From the NCBI GenBank assembly GCA_944389745.1, contig CALXNM010000005.1, positions 8,078 to 72,077 on the forward strand: DNA of 64,000 bases, read 5' to 3'. Origin of the DNA: an uncultured Clostridia bacterium. Lineage in GTDB: Bacteria > Bacillota > Clostridia > TANB77 > CAG-508. The notes beneath the pieces are model-generated. The model saw nothing but the letters and a program-made list of their open reading frames with translations, was not told the DNA's origin and ran no database searches. Of the stretch, positions 1-10,321 are shown in pieces (the stretch's first letter is position 1; each line of letters starts with the position of its first letter). Both the position numbers and the translations under genes were made by a program.

Positions 1-1
1 G

Positions 2-556
2 TATAAAATTTTAAATAATGTTTCTTTAACAACATTCTTACAAGGTATGTCAATAGGATTTAGATATTATAGCAACTATGCAATTGTTACAAATAACATA
101 AATAAAGAAGTTATAAAACCTGAAAATATATATGTTGTGGTAGAAAGTAATGGAAATAGAGAATACCATCAACCTGGATGTGAGAAATTATTACAAGGAG
201 TCGAAAATAATAGTTTAACAATAGTAGGAGCATATCCTACATATGGCTTCCAAAGGCAGACTGTAGATATTAATGAAAATAATTCTGTATATTATTATCC
301 GCAAAATGTTGCAACAGAATATATAACGGGCTGTTATAACTGTATTGTAAATGCCACAGCAGAATTCGACCTGCAGGACATAATAGCAGGTGTAGATTTG
401 ACTAAATATTATGATAAAACAGAAAATGGTGGAAGTGGAGATGTTAGTTTTGCTGTGGGAGAATATGAAAGCGTAAGACAAGCATATATGTCGGCATTAG
501 CACGAGAAAGACAAGATATTTACAAATCAAATATTAATTTACAAACAAATGAATAG
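2..556 (+). CDS. hypothetical protein, 5'-partial (frame open to the left window edge)
   Basis: Frame 2 has no stop codon from nt 2 to the listed ORF 47..556. No family motif recognised. Confidence 0.5.
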   Translation, partial: YKILNNVSLTTFLQGMSIGFRYYSNYAIVTNNINKEVIKPENIYVVVESNGNREYHQPGCEKLLQGVENNSLTIVGAYPTYGFQRQTVDINENNSVYYYPQNVATEYITGCYNCIVNATAEFDLQDIIAGVDLTKYYDKTENGGSGDVSFAVGEYESVRQAYMSALARERQDIYKSNINLQTNE

Positions 557-622
557 AACTTATAATAAAATAGTTTAAAAAAATTCAACATGGTTATCCT
601 ATTATTAGAAAGAAGGGTAACC

Positions 623-1834
623 ATGAAATTATATAAGAAAATTTTATTAGTTCTAATATTAATAACTATGTATGCATATATTTGCAATATAACAATGTTT
701 CCAAATAGTATTATATTAATGCAAGGTGAAAACTTGGAGATAAGTACTGTTTTGGGACTAAAAGTAAAAAACAAACAAACTATGCAAGCATCAAGTAGTT
801 TGAATGAAAAATTAACAGAACAAGTTGGTAAAAAAGATTTAGAATTAAATTTATTTAATATAATTCCAGTAAAAGATGTAACAGTTAATGTAATACCAAA
901 AACAACAGTCATACCACTTGGAAAAACAATAGGAATGAAACTATATACTGAAGGTGTTTTGGTAGTAGGAATGTCTGAAATAGAAGGGAAAAAACCATAT
1001 GAAAACTCAGGCATTGAAACAGGTGATAGAATAATAGAAGTAAATAATACAAAAATATCAACATCAGATGAACTTACAGAGTGTGTTAATACTTCTAATG
1101 GAAAGAATATAGAAATAAAGTATATTAATAATGAAGAACAAATAGAAGTGGCAGAGATAGAACCAGCAAAAACATCAAACAATGAATATAAAATAGGATT
1201 ATGGGTAAGAGATGCTGCAGCAGGAGTAGGAACAGTTACTTTTTATGAACCATCAACAGGAAGTTTTGCTTCACTAGGGCATGGAATAAATGATGTGGAT
1301 ACTTATGAATTAATAGATATAGCAAATGGAGAATTGGTAACGGCAAAAATATTAGATATAGTAAAAGGACAAAATGGTTTGCCAGGAGAAATAAGAGGTA
1401 ACATAGATAACAGTATAACTATAGGTAATATTTCTAAAAATACAGAATTTGGAGTTTATGGAACTATTACAAATACAAATGCACTTAATATAGATGCAAG
1501 CAACCAAATGGAAGTAGCTGATAGAAGTCAGATAACTACAGGAAAAGCATATATTTTATGTGAATTAGATAATGGAAAAACTGAAAAATATGAAATAGAA
1601 ATACAAAAAGTTTTTAAAGAAAATAATCAAGACAATAAAAGTATGTTAATAAAAATAACAGATGCAAGACTTATAGAAAAAACAGGAGGAATAATACAAG
1701 GAATGAGTGGAGCACCTATAATACAAAACGACAAATTTATAGGAGCTGTAACACATGTGTTAGTAAATGATGCTAAGTTAGGCTATGGAGTATTTGCAGA
1801 TTTAATGATAAAACAATTGAAAGAGGTAAATTAA
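623..1834 (+). CDS. spoIVB: SpoIVB stage IV sporulation signalling serine peptidase (S55)
   Basis: N-terminal TM helix and a PDZ-like segment (GIETGDRIIEVNN). GTVTFYEPSTGSFASLGHGI and GMSGAPI motifs are typical of SpoIVB. The ORF opens at 590, but ATG 623 (MKLYKK) is the more plausible start. Confidence 0.85.
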   Translation: MKLYKKILLVLILITMYAYICNITMFPNSIILMQGENLEISTVLGLKVKNKQTMQASSSLNEKLTEQVGKKDLELNLFNIIPVKDVTVNVIPKTTVIPLGKTIGMKLYTEGVLVVGMSEIEGKKPYENSGIETGDRIIEVNNTKISTSDELTECVNTSNGKNIEIKYINNEEQIEVAEIEPAKTSNNEYKIGLWVRDAAAGVGTVTFYEPSTGSFASLGHGINDVDTYELIDIANGELVTAKILDIVKGQNGLPGEIRGNIDNSITIGNISKNTEFGVYGTITNTNALNIDASNQMEVADRSQITTGKAYILCELDNGKTEKYEIEIQKVFKENNQDNKSMLIKITDARLIEKTGGIIQGMSGAPIIQNDKFIGAVTHVLVNDAKLGYGVFADLMIKQLKEVN

Positions 1835-2970
1835 TGAAAGAAAAGGGAAGAGTATCAATTTTATCAATTATAATAACTTTATTAATAATAGCAGTATTAG
1901 GTTTTCTTATCTATGAAATGGTATTTTCAGATTTTTTTGGACTTGTAACTAAAAGAGAAGACTCAATTACTATAGGTGGATTAATAAATAGCTTTATTCC
2001 AGCTAGTACTGAAGCAGATACAAAAATAGAAAATGTATCTGCTCATGAACCTATTATTGTAGATGATAATAAAGCAGCAAATAATACACCTTATACAACA
2101 CAAAGTAGCTATTACTATAATCAACTAGATTCATATGGAAAAACAATATATAAAGGGTTTGAAGATAATAAAGAAAATATGAAATCTGGAACATATAAAA
2201 TTGATTTTGGAACAGAGTTTAATGATTTATTAAATTCAGAAGGAGGAGAAAACACCTTAAACTTAGCATTTCAATCTGCTTGGAATGCATATACATACGA
2301 CCATATGGATTTGTTTTATATTGATGTTGAAAAACTTACACTAATTACAAGGACAAAGACTATTGGAAACAGATCAACACATACAGTGGAATTGTCAAAT
2401 GGTGATAATATCTCATATTTAAAACCAAACTTTAGTAATAAAGAAGATATTGACAAAACTTTAAGCTTATTAGAATCTATGAGAAATGAAATAGCAAATC
2501 AAATAGCTCAATATGATAATGTAGAAAAAATGAGACAAGTACATAACTGGTTAATAAATACGGTAGAATATGATATTAATTTTGAATCAGAAGAACCATA
2601 TTCAATTGTAGGAGCACTTGTAGAAGGCAAAGCAGTTTGTGAAGGTTATGCAAGGGCATATAAATATATAATGGATGGAATAGGAATACCATGTATATTA
2701 GTAAGTGGAATAGGAACAAATTCTAATGGAGAAACAGAATCACATGCATGGAATTATGTACAAATAGATAGTAACTGGTATGCAATAGATACAACTTGGG
2801 ATGATCCTGTAGCAGTAGGAAATGCATATATTAGTACAGAAGATAGATATGAAAACTTTTTAAGAGGATCTGATAAATTCTTTATAAACCATAAAGAAGA
2901 TGGATATTTATCACCAGGAAGTATAGAGTTTGATTTTCCAACATTGAGTAAAGAGGATTATCCATATTAA
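1834..2970 (+). CDS. membrane-anchored transglutaminase-like (Cys-His-Asp core) protein
   Basis: N-terminal TM helix. CEGYARAYKY, SHAWNYV and DTTWDD match the transglutaminase-core catalytic triad context. Confidence 0.8.
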   Translation: MKEKGRVSILSIIITLLIIAVLGFLIYEMVFSDFFGLVTKREDSITIGGLINSFIPASTEADTKIENVSAHEPIIVDDNKAANNTPYTTQSSYYYNQLDSYGKTIYKGFEDNKENMKSGTYKIDFGTEFNDLLNSEGGENTLNLAFQSAWNAYTYDHMDLFYIDVEKLTLITRTKTIGNRSTHTVELSNGDNISYLKPNFSNKEDIDKTLSLLESMRNEIANQIAQYDNVEKMRQVHNWLINTVEYDINFESEEPYSIVGALVEGKAVCEGYARAYKYIMDGIGIPCILVSGIGTNSNGETESHAWNYVQIDSNWYAIDTTWDDPVAVGNAYISTEDRYENFLRGSDKFFINHKEDGYLSPGSIEFDFPTLSKEDYPY

Positions 2971-3068
2971 TAGTTAAAAGGCTTTTGAAGTAAGGGCAGA
3001 AGTAGATTTCTTAAAATTATTTCGTAACTTGCCTGTCGCAACCATATATCTACAAATTAAAAAAGTGC

Positions 3069-3097
3069 TTGCAATTCGTATGTTTTTGTGATAAAAT
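3069..3097 (+). promoter_or_regulatory. candidate sigmaA promoter of rpsO
   Basis: TTGCAA (3069..3074), 17-nt spacer, TGaTAAAAT extended -10 (hexamer 3092..3097). Confidence 0.45.
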
Positions 3098-3195
3098 ATG
3101 TAATGTTGAAAGTACCTCATACTTAGTTATAGGAAAAACAACACCACTATAACTCAGTTGGAGGCTAATTAAATAAAATTTAGGAGGTGTATAAA

Positions 3196-3459
3196 ATGAC
3201 AGCAGAAAGAAAACAAGAAATTATAGCAAAATATAGAAGAGATGAAAAAGATACTGGTTCTCCAGAAGTTCAAATAGCTCTTTTAACAGAAAGAATTAAT
3301 GAATTAACAGAACACTTAAAAGTTCATAAAAAAGATAACCATTCTAGAAGAGGACTTTTAAAAATGGTTGGTTCAAGAAGAAATTTACTTAACTACTTAA
3401 GTAAAAAAGATGTTCAAAGATATAGAGATATCATTGAAAAATTAGGATTAAGAAAATAA
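3196..3459 (+). CDS. rpsO: 30S ribosomal protein S15
   Basis: [43 protein letters not shown] is a canonical S15 sequence. AGGAGG at 3182..3187 lies 8 nt before ATG 3196. The track ORF starts at GTG 3187. Confidence 0.95.
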   Translation: MTAERKQEIIAKYRRDEKDTGSPEVQIALLTERINELTEHLKVHKKDNHSRRGLLKMVGSRRNLLNYLSKKDVQRYRDIIEKLGLRK

Positions 3460-3469
3460 ATTGTTGTGG

Positions 3470-3503
3470 TGGACGTTTGGCTTTTTGGCTTAAACGTCCA
3501 TTT
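3470..3503 (+). terminator. hairpin terminator/attenuator between rpsO and pnp
   Basis: TGGACGTTT ... AAACGTCCA stem followed by TTT. Confidence 0.5.
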
Positions 3504-3679
3504 GCGAGAAATTTATTATTAATTAATTTGATAATTAAATAGCACAAACAATTAGTAAGTAGCTTGTATACTGTGCTTTTGTAAAAGCATAGTATAGAGG
3601 TTACAACTAATTAAAGTGCTATTAATTAAATATATAAAAGAAAGGAGTAGTATGATGTTAAATCATACAATAAAAAAAT

Positions 3680-5797
3680 ATGTTTAAAACTTATAGTACA
3701 GAATTAGCTGGAAGAAATTTGAGCATTGAAACAGGAAAAATTGCAGGATTAGCAAATGGAAGTGTAGTAGTAAGATATGGGGAGACAGTTGTAATGGTAA
3801 ATGTTACAGCTTCAAAAGAACCAAGAGAGGGAATTGATTTTTTCCCACTTTCAGTAGATTATGAAGAAAAATTATATTCAGTAGGAAAAATACCAGGAGG
3901 ATTTAATAAAAGAGAAGGAAAGCCATCTGATAAGGCAATACTTACATCAAGAGCAATAGATAGGCCACTTCGTCCGCTATTCCCAAAGGACTTTAGAAAT
4001 GATGTATGTGTTACAGCAACAGTGTTATCAGTAGAACAAGATAACAGTCCAGAGGTATGTGCAATGATAGGTGCAAGTGCAGCACTTTCAATATCTGATA
4101 TACCATTTGGAGGTCCTACAGCTGCTGTAAATGTTGGATGGGTAGATGATGAAATAGTTATTAATCCAACAGTAGAACAAAGAGAAAAAAGTAAATTAAC
4201 TGCAACTGTTGCAGGAACTTTAGAAAAAATTACAATGATTGAAGCTGGAGCAGATGAAATACCAAACGACAAAATGCTAGAAGCAATAGAAAAAGCACAT
4301 ATTGAAATTAAAAAGATTTGTAATTTCATATCAGACATAAAAGCTGAAATAGGAAAACCAAAATTTGAATATCAATCATTTGCAGTAGACCCAGAATTTT
4401 ATCAAGATATAGTAGAACACTTTAAAGATAGAATGTACCAAGATGTACAAGCTACAGATAAAGAAGTAAGAGACGCAAACATTGATAAAATTACAGAAGA
4501 TATTACAGCATATGTTGTAGAAAAATATGGTGAAGATGCAGATGAAGAAAAAAAATCTGATATTGCAGATAGTATACATGACCTAGAAAAAGCATGTGTA
4601 AGAGAAATGATATTAGAAGAACATAAACGTCCAGATGGAAGAAAAATAGATGAAATAAGACCACTTTCATGTGAAGTAGGAGTACTTCCAAGAGTTCATG
4701 GTAGCGCTTTATTTACAAGAGGACAAACACAAGTAATGTCAATTGTAACACTTGGAATGAAAAGTGAAGAACAAATGCTTGATGGAATAGATGAAGAAAC
4801 AGAAAAAAGATATATGCATCAATATAACTTCCCTTCATATTCAGTAGGCGAAGCAAGACCATCAAGAGGACCTGGAAGAAGAGAAATAGGACATGGAGCT
4901 TTAGCTGAAAAAGCATTAGTTCCAGTGTTACCTTCAGAAGAAGACTTCCCTTATGCAATAAGAGTTGTATCTGAAGTACTTTCTTCAAATGGATCAACAT
5001 CACAGGCAAGTATTTGTGGAAGTACTTTAGCTCTAATGGATGCAGGTGTTCCAATAAGAAAACCAGTTGCTGGTATTTCTACAGGATTAATTACAGATAA
5101 AAATGATCCAAGCAGATATATTATGCTTACAGATATTCAAGGAATAGAAGACTTCTTTGGTGATATGGACTTTAAAGTAGGTGGTACAAAAGATGGTATC
5201 ACAGCTATACAAGTTGATATAAAAATAGATGGTTTAACATATGATATTATAAAAGAAGCTTTTGAAAGAACAAAAGTAGCAAGAGACTATATTTTAGATA
5301 ATGTAATGCTTCCTGTTATAGATAAACCAAGAGCTGATATTTCTAAATATGCACCAAGAATAGAGACAACACAAATAAGTGTAGACAAAATAAAAGATGT
5401 AATAGGACCTGGTGGAAAAATGATTAATAAAATTATTGATGAAACAGGTGTAAAAATAGACATTGAAGATGATGGTAAAGTTTGTGTATATTCAAATGAC
5501 CCTGAAAGCGGAAAGAAAGCATTAAAAATGATAGAAAATATAGCAAGAGAAATAGAAGTTGGTGGAATATATGATGGTGTAGTTACAAGAATAATGTCAT
5601 TCGGAGCATTTGTAGACGTAGGCGGAGGAAAAGAAGGATTACTTCATATATCAAAGATTTCAAGCAAGAGAGTAGATAAAGTAGAAGATGTACTTTCTGT
5701 AGGAGATGAAATAAGAGTAAAAGTATATGAAATAGACCATCAAGGAAGAATTAATTTAACAATGAAAGACTTAGAAGCAGGTCATAAAGAAGAATAA
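3680..5797 (+). CDS. pnp: polyribonucleotide nucleotidyltransferase (PNPase)
   Basis: 705 aa with two RNase PH-like halves, a KH region (GPGGKMINKIIDETG) and an S1 region (GVVTRIMSFGAFVDV). Conserved rpsO-pnp synteny. Confidence 0.97.
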   Translation: MFKTYSTELAGRNLSIETGKIAGLANGSVVVRYGETVVMVNVTASKEPREGIDFFPLSVDYEEKLYSVGKIPGGFNKREGKPSDKAILTSRAIDRPLRPLFPKDFRNDVCVTATVLSVEQDNSPEVCAMIGASAALSISDIPFGGPTAAVNVGWVDDEIVINPTVEQREKSKLTATVAGTLEKITMIEAGADEIPNDKMLEAIEKAHIEIKKICNFISDIKAEIGKPKFEYQSFAVDPEFYQDIVEHFKDRMYQDVQATDKEVRDANIDKITEDITAYVVEKYGEDADEEKKSDIADSIHDLEKACVREMILEEHKRPDGRKIDEIRPLSCEVGVLPRVHGSALFTRGQTQVMSIVTLGMKSEEQMLDGIDEETEKRYMHQYNFPSYSVGEARPSRGPGRREIGHGALAEKALVPVLPSEEDFPYAIRVVSEVLSSNGSTSQASICGSTLALMDAGVPIRKPVAGISTGLITDKNDPSRYIMLTDIQGIEDFFGDMDFKVGGTKDGITAIQVDIKIDGLTYDIIKEAFERTKVARDYILDNVMLPVIDKPRADISKYAPRIETTQISVDKIKDVIGPGGKMINKIIDETGVKIDIEDDGKVCVYSNDPESGKKALKMIENIAREIEVGGIYDGVVTRIMSFGAFVDVGGGKEGLLHISKISSKRVDKVEDVLSVGDEIRVKVYEIDHQGRINLTMKDLEAGHKEE

Positions 5798-5804
5798 TTT
5801 TAAA

Positions 5805-5837
5805 TGCCTTTGGGGACAGACCCCTTTGGCATTTTTT
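5805..5837 (+). repeat. REP-like 27-nt palindrome, copy 1 (terminator position after pnp)
   Basis: TGCCTTTGGGGACAGACCCCTTTGGCA followed by TTTTTT, 8 nt after the pnp stop. Confidence 0.7.
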
Positions 5838-5984
5838 GTAAAACAAGTCCTTCCCTGATAGTAAATTGTAAAAAAGTTTAAAATTTTATAAAAACTGTTG
5901 TAAAAAGTTACAATAATTGATATACTAATGGTATTAAAAAGGGCGATAAGCTTTTTTCTTATAAAACTTAAGGAGGTATATGTT

Positions 5985-6443
5985 ATGGAGGAAAATAAAG
6001 AAATAAATGAAGTTGAAAACAATGTTGAAAATGTAGGAAATGAAGGGGAAGTAACACTTGAAAATAACTCTAATATAAAGATTGCAGATGATGTTATAGC
6101 TGTTATAGCTGGAGCTGCAGCATCAGAAGTACCAGGAGTTTCTTCAATGGCTGGAGGATTTGCTGGTGGAATTTCTGAAGTATTTAGCGGAAAGAAAAAT
6201 TTTGCTAAAGGAATTAAAGTAGAGGCTGGAGAAAAAGAAACAAGAATAGATGTAAATATAATTGTTGAATATGGAGTAAGAATTCCAGATGTTGCTTTTG
6301 AAATTCAAAATAGAGTAAAAAAAGCTGTTGAAAGTATGACAGGATTAAAAGTTCTAGATGTAAATGTTCATGTTCAAGGTGTTAATACAGATGCAAATAA
6401 TGTAGAAGAAATGAAAACAGATGGCTCTAATAAACCAGAATAA
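5985..6443 (+). CDS. Asp23/Gls24 family envelope stress protein
   Basis: IADDVIAVIAGAAASEVPGVSSM is a typical Asp23 N-terminal motif. AGGAGG lies 8 nt before ATG 5985. The track ORF opens at 5928. Confidence 0.85.
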   Translation: MEENKEINEVENNVENVGNEGEVTLENNSNIKIADDVIAVIAGAAASEVPGVSSMAGGFAGGISEVFSGKKNFAKGIKVEAGEKETRIDVNIIVEYGVRIPDVAFEIQNRVKKAVESMTGLKVLDVNVHVQGVNTDANNVEEMKTDGSNKPE

Positions 6444-6562
6444 TAGTATAAGGCACTTTTAAAATTACATTATTTCAATATAATTAATATATAAGTCACA
6501 GTGTTTGAAATAAATTAATTTTAAAGTGCTTTTTCTAAGTAATGGAAAGGTAGGAAATATAG

Positions 6563-7138
6563 ATGAAAAAATTAGAAAAATTATCATTAATACTTTTTTC
6601 AACAATAATGCTTATAATATCAGTTGTTCTTTGCTTAACAATATTTGGATGGTTAGATTATAGATTCGTAGAAGATGCTTTAGAAGTTGCAATAAAAAAT
6701 GAAGTAACATCAAATATTCTTTTAGTACTAAGTATCATATTTATTTTATTAGCAATAAAATGTATTTTCTTTGATTCAAGTGCTAAAGATAAAGAAGAAT
6801 ATAAAAAAGGAATATTGTTAGAAAATTCAAATGGAAAACTTTTAATTACCAGAGAAACTATTGAAAATTTAGTAAATGGTGTTGTAAAGGGTTTTGATAG
6901 CGCAGAAGATGTAACTACAAAAATAGAGCTGGATAAAGAAAATAATTTAAGTGTTTTTGTTAATTTAACAGTTAAAGAAAATGCTGTTATAAAGGAATTG
7001 TCTACAAACCTTCAAAACAAAATAAAAGATACAATAAAGAAAGCATCTGATTTAGAGGTAAAAGAAGTAAATATAAAAGTTAAAAATATAGAACCAGTAA
7101 AAGCAGCTGAAGCAACAATATTAGAAAATGACAAATAA
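6563..7138 (+). CDS. membrane protein, AmaP-like anchor of Asp23 (tentative)
   Basis: Two N-terminal TM helices plus a soluble domain. Position directly after asp23 mirrors the asp23/amaP/DUF2273 operon organisation. Confidence 0.55.
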   Translation: MKKLEKLSLILFSTIMLIISVVLCLTIFGWLDYRFVEDALEVAIKNEVTSNILLVLSIIFILLAIKCIFFDSSAKDKEEYKKGILLENSNGKLLITRETIENLVNGVVKGFDSAEDVTTKIELDKENNLSVFVNLTVKENAVIKELSTNLQNKIKDTIKKASDLEVKEVNIKVKNIEPVKAAEATILENDK

Positions 7139-7190
7139 CAAAAGATAACAATTTTAAATGATTGGAATCATAGGAAAGGAAGAAGCTGGT

Positions 7191-7394
7191 ATGGACGATT
7201 TTAAAAATTTCATGGCAAAATATGGTGGCATGATTATAGGGATAATTGTAGCAATTTTATTATTACTAACTAAATTCTATGAATTAATAATAGCTATAGT
7301 TTTAATAGCTGTATGTGGTTATGCTGGATATTATTTTCAACATAACAAAAATAGTGTAAAAGATAAACTTAAAAATTTTATAGACAAATTATAA
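7191..7394 (+). CDS. small integral membrane protein (DUF2273-like)
   Basis: MDDFKNFMAKYGGMIIGIIVAILLLL... forms a two-TM mini-protein in the asp23 operon context. ATG 7191 is preferred over ORF start 7158. Confidence 0.6.
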   Translation: MDDFKNFMAKYGGMIIGIIVAILLLLTKFYELIIAIVLIAVCGYAGYYFQHNKNSVKDKLKNFIDKL

Positions 7395-7413
7395 AAAGGG
7401 GAAAGATAGCAAA

Positions 7414-7872
7414 ATGAGTATGTCAGAAAATAGAAAAGTAGCATTTGAAATAGTATATAGTTTAGAATCACAAAATATAAAATATGAAGATTATAAAGAA
7501 AATGTTGATATGTTTTTTGAAGATAGAAATATACATGGTAAAGCTACAACTAAATATATTAAAGACGTTGTATATGGAACCAAAAGACATGGAAAACAAA
7601 TAAAAAAGCAAATAGAAGAATGTTTATCTGAAAAATGGAGTTATGATAGAGTTTCAAAAGTAAATATAGCGATTCTAGAAATAGCAATATTTGAGATGCT
7701 TTATTTAAAAACACCATATAAAGTAGTAATAAATGAAGCTGTGGAACTTGCTAAAGAATATGCAGATACGAAAGCTCCAAGTTTTATAAATGGAGTTTTA
7801 GCAAGTATTGTTAAAAAGAATAATTTAGATAGCGAAAAGCCAGATAATGAAAATTCAAATAATGAAAACTGA
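7414..7872 (+). CDS. nusB: transcription antitermination factor NusB
   Basis: NusB-like length and motifs (VNIAILEIAIFEMLY, FINGVLASI). Conserved asp23-nusB-xseA order as in Bacillus. Confidence 0.9.
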   Translation: MSMSENRKVAFEIVYSLESQNIKYEDYKENVDMFFEDRNIHGKATTKYIKDVVYGTKRHGKQIKKQIEECLSEKWSYDRVSKVNIAILEIAIFEMLYLKTPYKVVINEAVELAKEYADTKAPSFINGVLASIVKKNNLDSEKPDNENSNNEN

Positions 7873-7906
7873 AATAATGAGGATAACGAGGAGTAGTAGA
7901 AAACTA

Positions 7907-9094
7907 ATGACATATAATCCAATAAGTGTAACAGAATTAAATAAATATATTAAAAATAAAATAGACTCAGACGAAGTATTGAATAATGTTTTGGTAAAAG
8001 GAGAAATTTCAAATTATAAACATCATTATACAGGACATTTATATTTTACATTAAAAGATGAAAATTCTTTAATAAAATGTATTATGTTTAAGAGTTCAGC
8101 AGTTAGATTGAAATTTGAACCACGTGATGGAATGAAGGTTATGGTATTTGGTACAGTTTCTGTATTTGAAAGAGATGGTGTGTATCAAATATATGTAAAA
8201 GCAATGCAGGAAGATGGAATGGGCAGTCTATATAAAGCATATGAAGAATTAAAGGCAAAACTTGAAAAAGAAGGGCTTTTTGATGTTAATCATAAAAAGA
8301 AAATACCTCAGTTTCCAAAATGTATAGGAGTTCTTACATCAAATACTGGAGCAGTTATAAGAGATATAATAAATGTGTCTACAAGAAGAAATCCAAATGT
8401 ATATATAAAATTACTTCCAGTTCCAGTTCAAGGTGAAGGAGCGGCTGAAAAAATTGCAGATGCAATAAAATTAATGAATGAGAAGAACTTGGCAGATGTA
8501 ATAATTGTAGCAAGAGGTGGTGGATCTCTAGAAGATTTATGGCCTTTTAATGAAGAAATTGTTGCTAGAGCAATATATGCTTCAGAATTACCTGTAATAT
8601 CTGCAGTCGGACATGAAACAGATTTTACGATAGCAGATTTTGTAGCAGATTTAAGAGCACCAACACCATCCGCAGCAGCTGAACTTGCAGTGCCAAATAT
8701 ATCAGATATAGTTTTAAAAATAGAATCATATAATAATAGACATAAATTAGCTTTAAAGAAGAAAGTTGAATTTATGAGACTAAGATATGAAAAATGTATG
8801 AATAGTAGGGTGTTTAAAGAGCCAACTCAAAAAATAAATGAAAAATATATGCTCATAGATATGAAGGTGAAATCTATTCAAAATAGCATGATGAGTATAT
8901 ATAAAGATAAAAAGACAAATATGATAAAACAAATATCAAAATTGGATGCTTTAAGTCCATTAAAAACTTTAACAAGAGGTTATTCAATAGTTCAGAAAGA
9001 TACTAAAGTTATAAAATCAGTTAAAGACATACATATAAATGATGAAGTGGATTTACGATTAACAGACGGAACAGCAAAGGCAAAAATTATATAA
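7907..9094 (+). CDS. xseA: exodeoxyribonuclease VII large subunit
   Basis: OB-fold N-terminus (ISVTELNKYIKNKID...GEISNYKHHYTGHLYFTLKD) and catalytic region (GVLTSNTGAVIRDI, ARGGGSLEDLWPFN, GHETDFTIADFVADLRAPTPSAAAE). Start is uncertain. The track ORF opens at 7847. Confidence 0.9.
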   Translation: MTYNPISVTELNKYIKNKIDSDEVLNNVLVKGEISNYKHHYTGHLYFTLKDENSLIKCIMFKSSAVRLKFEPRDGMKVMVFGTVSVFERDGVYQIYVKAMQEDGMGSLYKAYEELKAKLEKEGLFDVNHKKKIPQFPKCIGVLTSNTGAVIRDIINVSTRRNPNVYIKLLPVPVQGEGAAEKIADAIKLMNEKNLADVIIVARGGGSLEDLWPFNEEIVARAIYASELPVISAVGHETDFTIADFVADLRAPTPSAAAELAVPNISDIVLKIESYNNRHKLALKKKVEFMRLRYEKCMNSRVFKEPTQKINEKYMLIDMKVKSIQNSMMSIYKDKKTNMIKQISKLDALSPLKTLTRGYSIVQKDTKVIKSVKDIHINDEVDLRLTDGTAKAKII

Positions 9095-9106
9095 GGAGGG
9101 ATACAT

Positions 9107-9616
9107 ATGAGTAAGGGAGCAAAAAAAGTTTTAGGAGTAATTATAATAGTTATATTAATAGTGTTAGTATCATGGCTTGTATATAGAGGAACTCAAACAG
9201 AGCCAGCTAGCATAAATGAAACAAACGAATTACCAAATGAAGATATGGAAATGGCAAATGAAGTAAATGAAATTAATGTAGTAGAGGAAGAAAATATAGT
9301 AGAAGAAAACACTACAGAATCTGAAAAAAATGTTAATAACGAAGATGAAACAGAGCCACAGACACAATCAGAAGAAGCAGAATCAAGTACTACTTCTAGC
9401 ACTGAAGTTGTATCAGGAACAAAGGCAAGTAGAGAAGAAAGAGCAGTAGAGCTTGCTAAGGAGTATTACGAAAACGAATATGGTAGTGCAGAAGGAATAG
9501 ATTTTGAAGTTGATGATGTAGATGGTGGTGGAAGATATATAGTTAGATATGGAACAGCAAATGCATCAATGTTTTTATATGTTAACTTAAATACAGGAAC
9601 AGTTTCAGAAAAATAA
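9107..9616 (+). CDS. membrane-anchored acidic protein with a PepSY-like C-terminus (tentative)
   Basis: N-terminal TM helix, a Glu/Asn-rich linker, and a C-terminal ...YIVRYGTANASMFLYVNLNTGTV resembling PepSY. It lies between xseA and xseB. Confidence 0.6.
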   Translation: MSKGAKKVLGVIIIVILIVLVSWLVYRGTQTEPASINETNELPNEDMEMANEVNEINVVEEENIVEENTTESEKNVNNEDETEPQTQSEEAESSTTSSTEVVSGTKASREERAVELAKEYYENEYGSAEGIDFEVDDVDGGGRYIVRYGTANASMFLYVNLNTGTVSEK

Positions 9617-9625
9617 AGGAGAAAG

Positions 9626-9862
9626 ATGATGGAAGAAAATACAAGTTTTGAAGATAAAATGAAAAAACTAGAAGAGATTGCAAATGAACTTGAAAAAGGT
9701 GAATTAAATTTAGATGATTCAGTTTCAAAATTTGAAGAAGGAATGAAATTATCTAAAGAATGTAGTAAAATGCTTGAAAAAGCTGAAAAGAAAATTACAA
9801 TGCTTATAAAAGATGATGACGGAAATTTATCAGAAGAAAAATTTGTACAAAATGAGGAATAG
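9626..9862 (+). CDS. xseB: exodeoxyribonuclease VII small subunit
   Basis: FEDKMKKLEEIANELEKGELNLDDSVSKFEEGMKLSKEC matches the XseB helical hairpin. ATG 9629 has better SD spacing. Confidence 0.9.
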   Translation: MMEENTSFEDKMKKLEEIANELEKGELNLDDSVSKFEEGMKLSKECSKMLEKAEKKITMLIKDDDGNLSEEKFVQNEE

Positions 9863-9867
9863 GAAAA

Positions 9868-10305
9868 ATGATGGGGTTTATTTACGAATACAGATATTTA
9901 ATTATACCATTTGCAACATGGTTTTTTATACAACTTTTTAAACTAATATATGATTTAGTTACAACAAAGAAATTTAATTTTAAAAGAATATTAGGGGCAG
10001 GAGGAATGCCTAGTTCTCATTCTGCTGTAGTTATTGCATTAGCAACAATGATTGGAAAAAATTATGGAGTAAATTCTCCAATATTTGCTTTATCTATCAT
10101 ATTTGCATGTGTAGTAATGTATGATGCAGCTGGTGTAAGAAGAGCAGCAGGAAAACAAGCAAAGCTTTTAAATAAAATAGTTCAAACACCAGGGCTTACT
10201 AATGTGGAGGTTACAGAAAGATTACAAGAAGTTCTAGGACATACACCAGTACAAGTTTTTGTTGGTGCTTTAATTGGTTTAATTGTAGGCTTAATCTTTG
10301 GATAA
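9868..10305 (+). CDS. divergent PAP2 family membrane protein (DUF212-like)
   Basis: GGMPSSHSAVVIALA and MYDAAGVRRAAGKQA motifs. Confidence 0.8.
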   Translation: MMGFIYEYRYLIIPFATWFFIQLFKLIYDLVTTKKFNFKRILGAGGMPSSHSAVVIALATMIGKNYGVNSPIFALSIIFACVVMYDAAGVRRAAGKQAKLLNKIVQTPGLTNVEVTERLQEVLGHTPVQVFVGALIGLIVGLIFG

Positions 10306-10321
10306 TGAAAGAGGGAAAGGT

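Noticed and set aside
520-1182. Long - strand ORFs antisense to native genes (e.g. 520..1182, 3859..4338, 14720..15265, 41008..41694, 44164..44706, 47929..48426, 58639..59016)
   Set aside because: Purine-rich AT-rich coding strands give Ser/Phe/Leu/Ile-rich stop-poor antisense frames. Every one overlaps a confidently identified + strand gene, and none has an SD.
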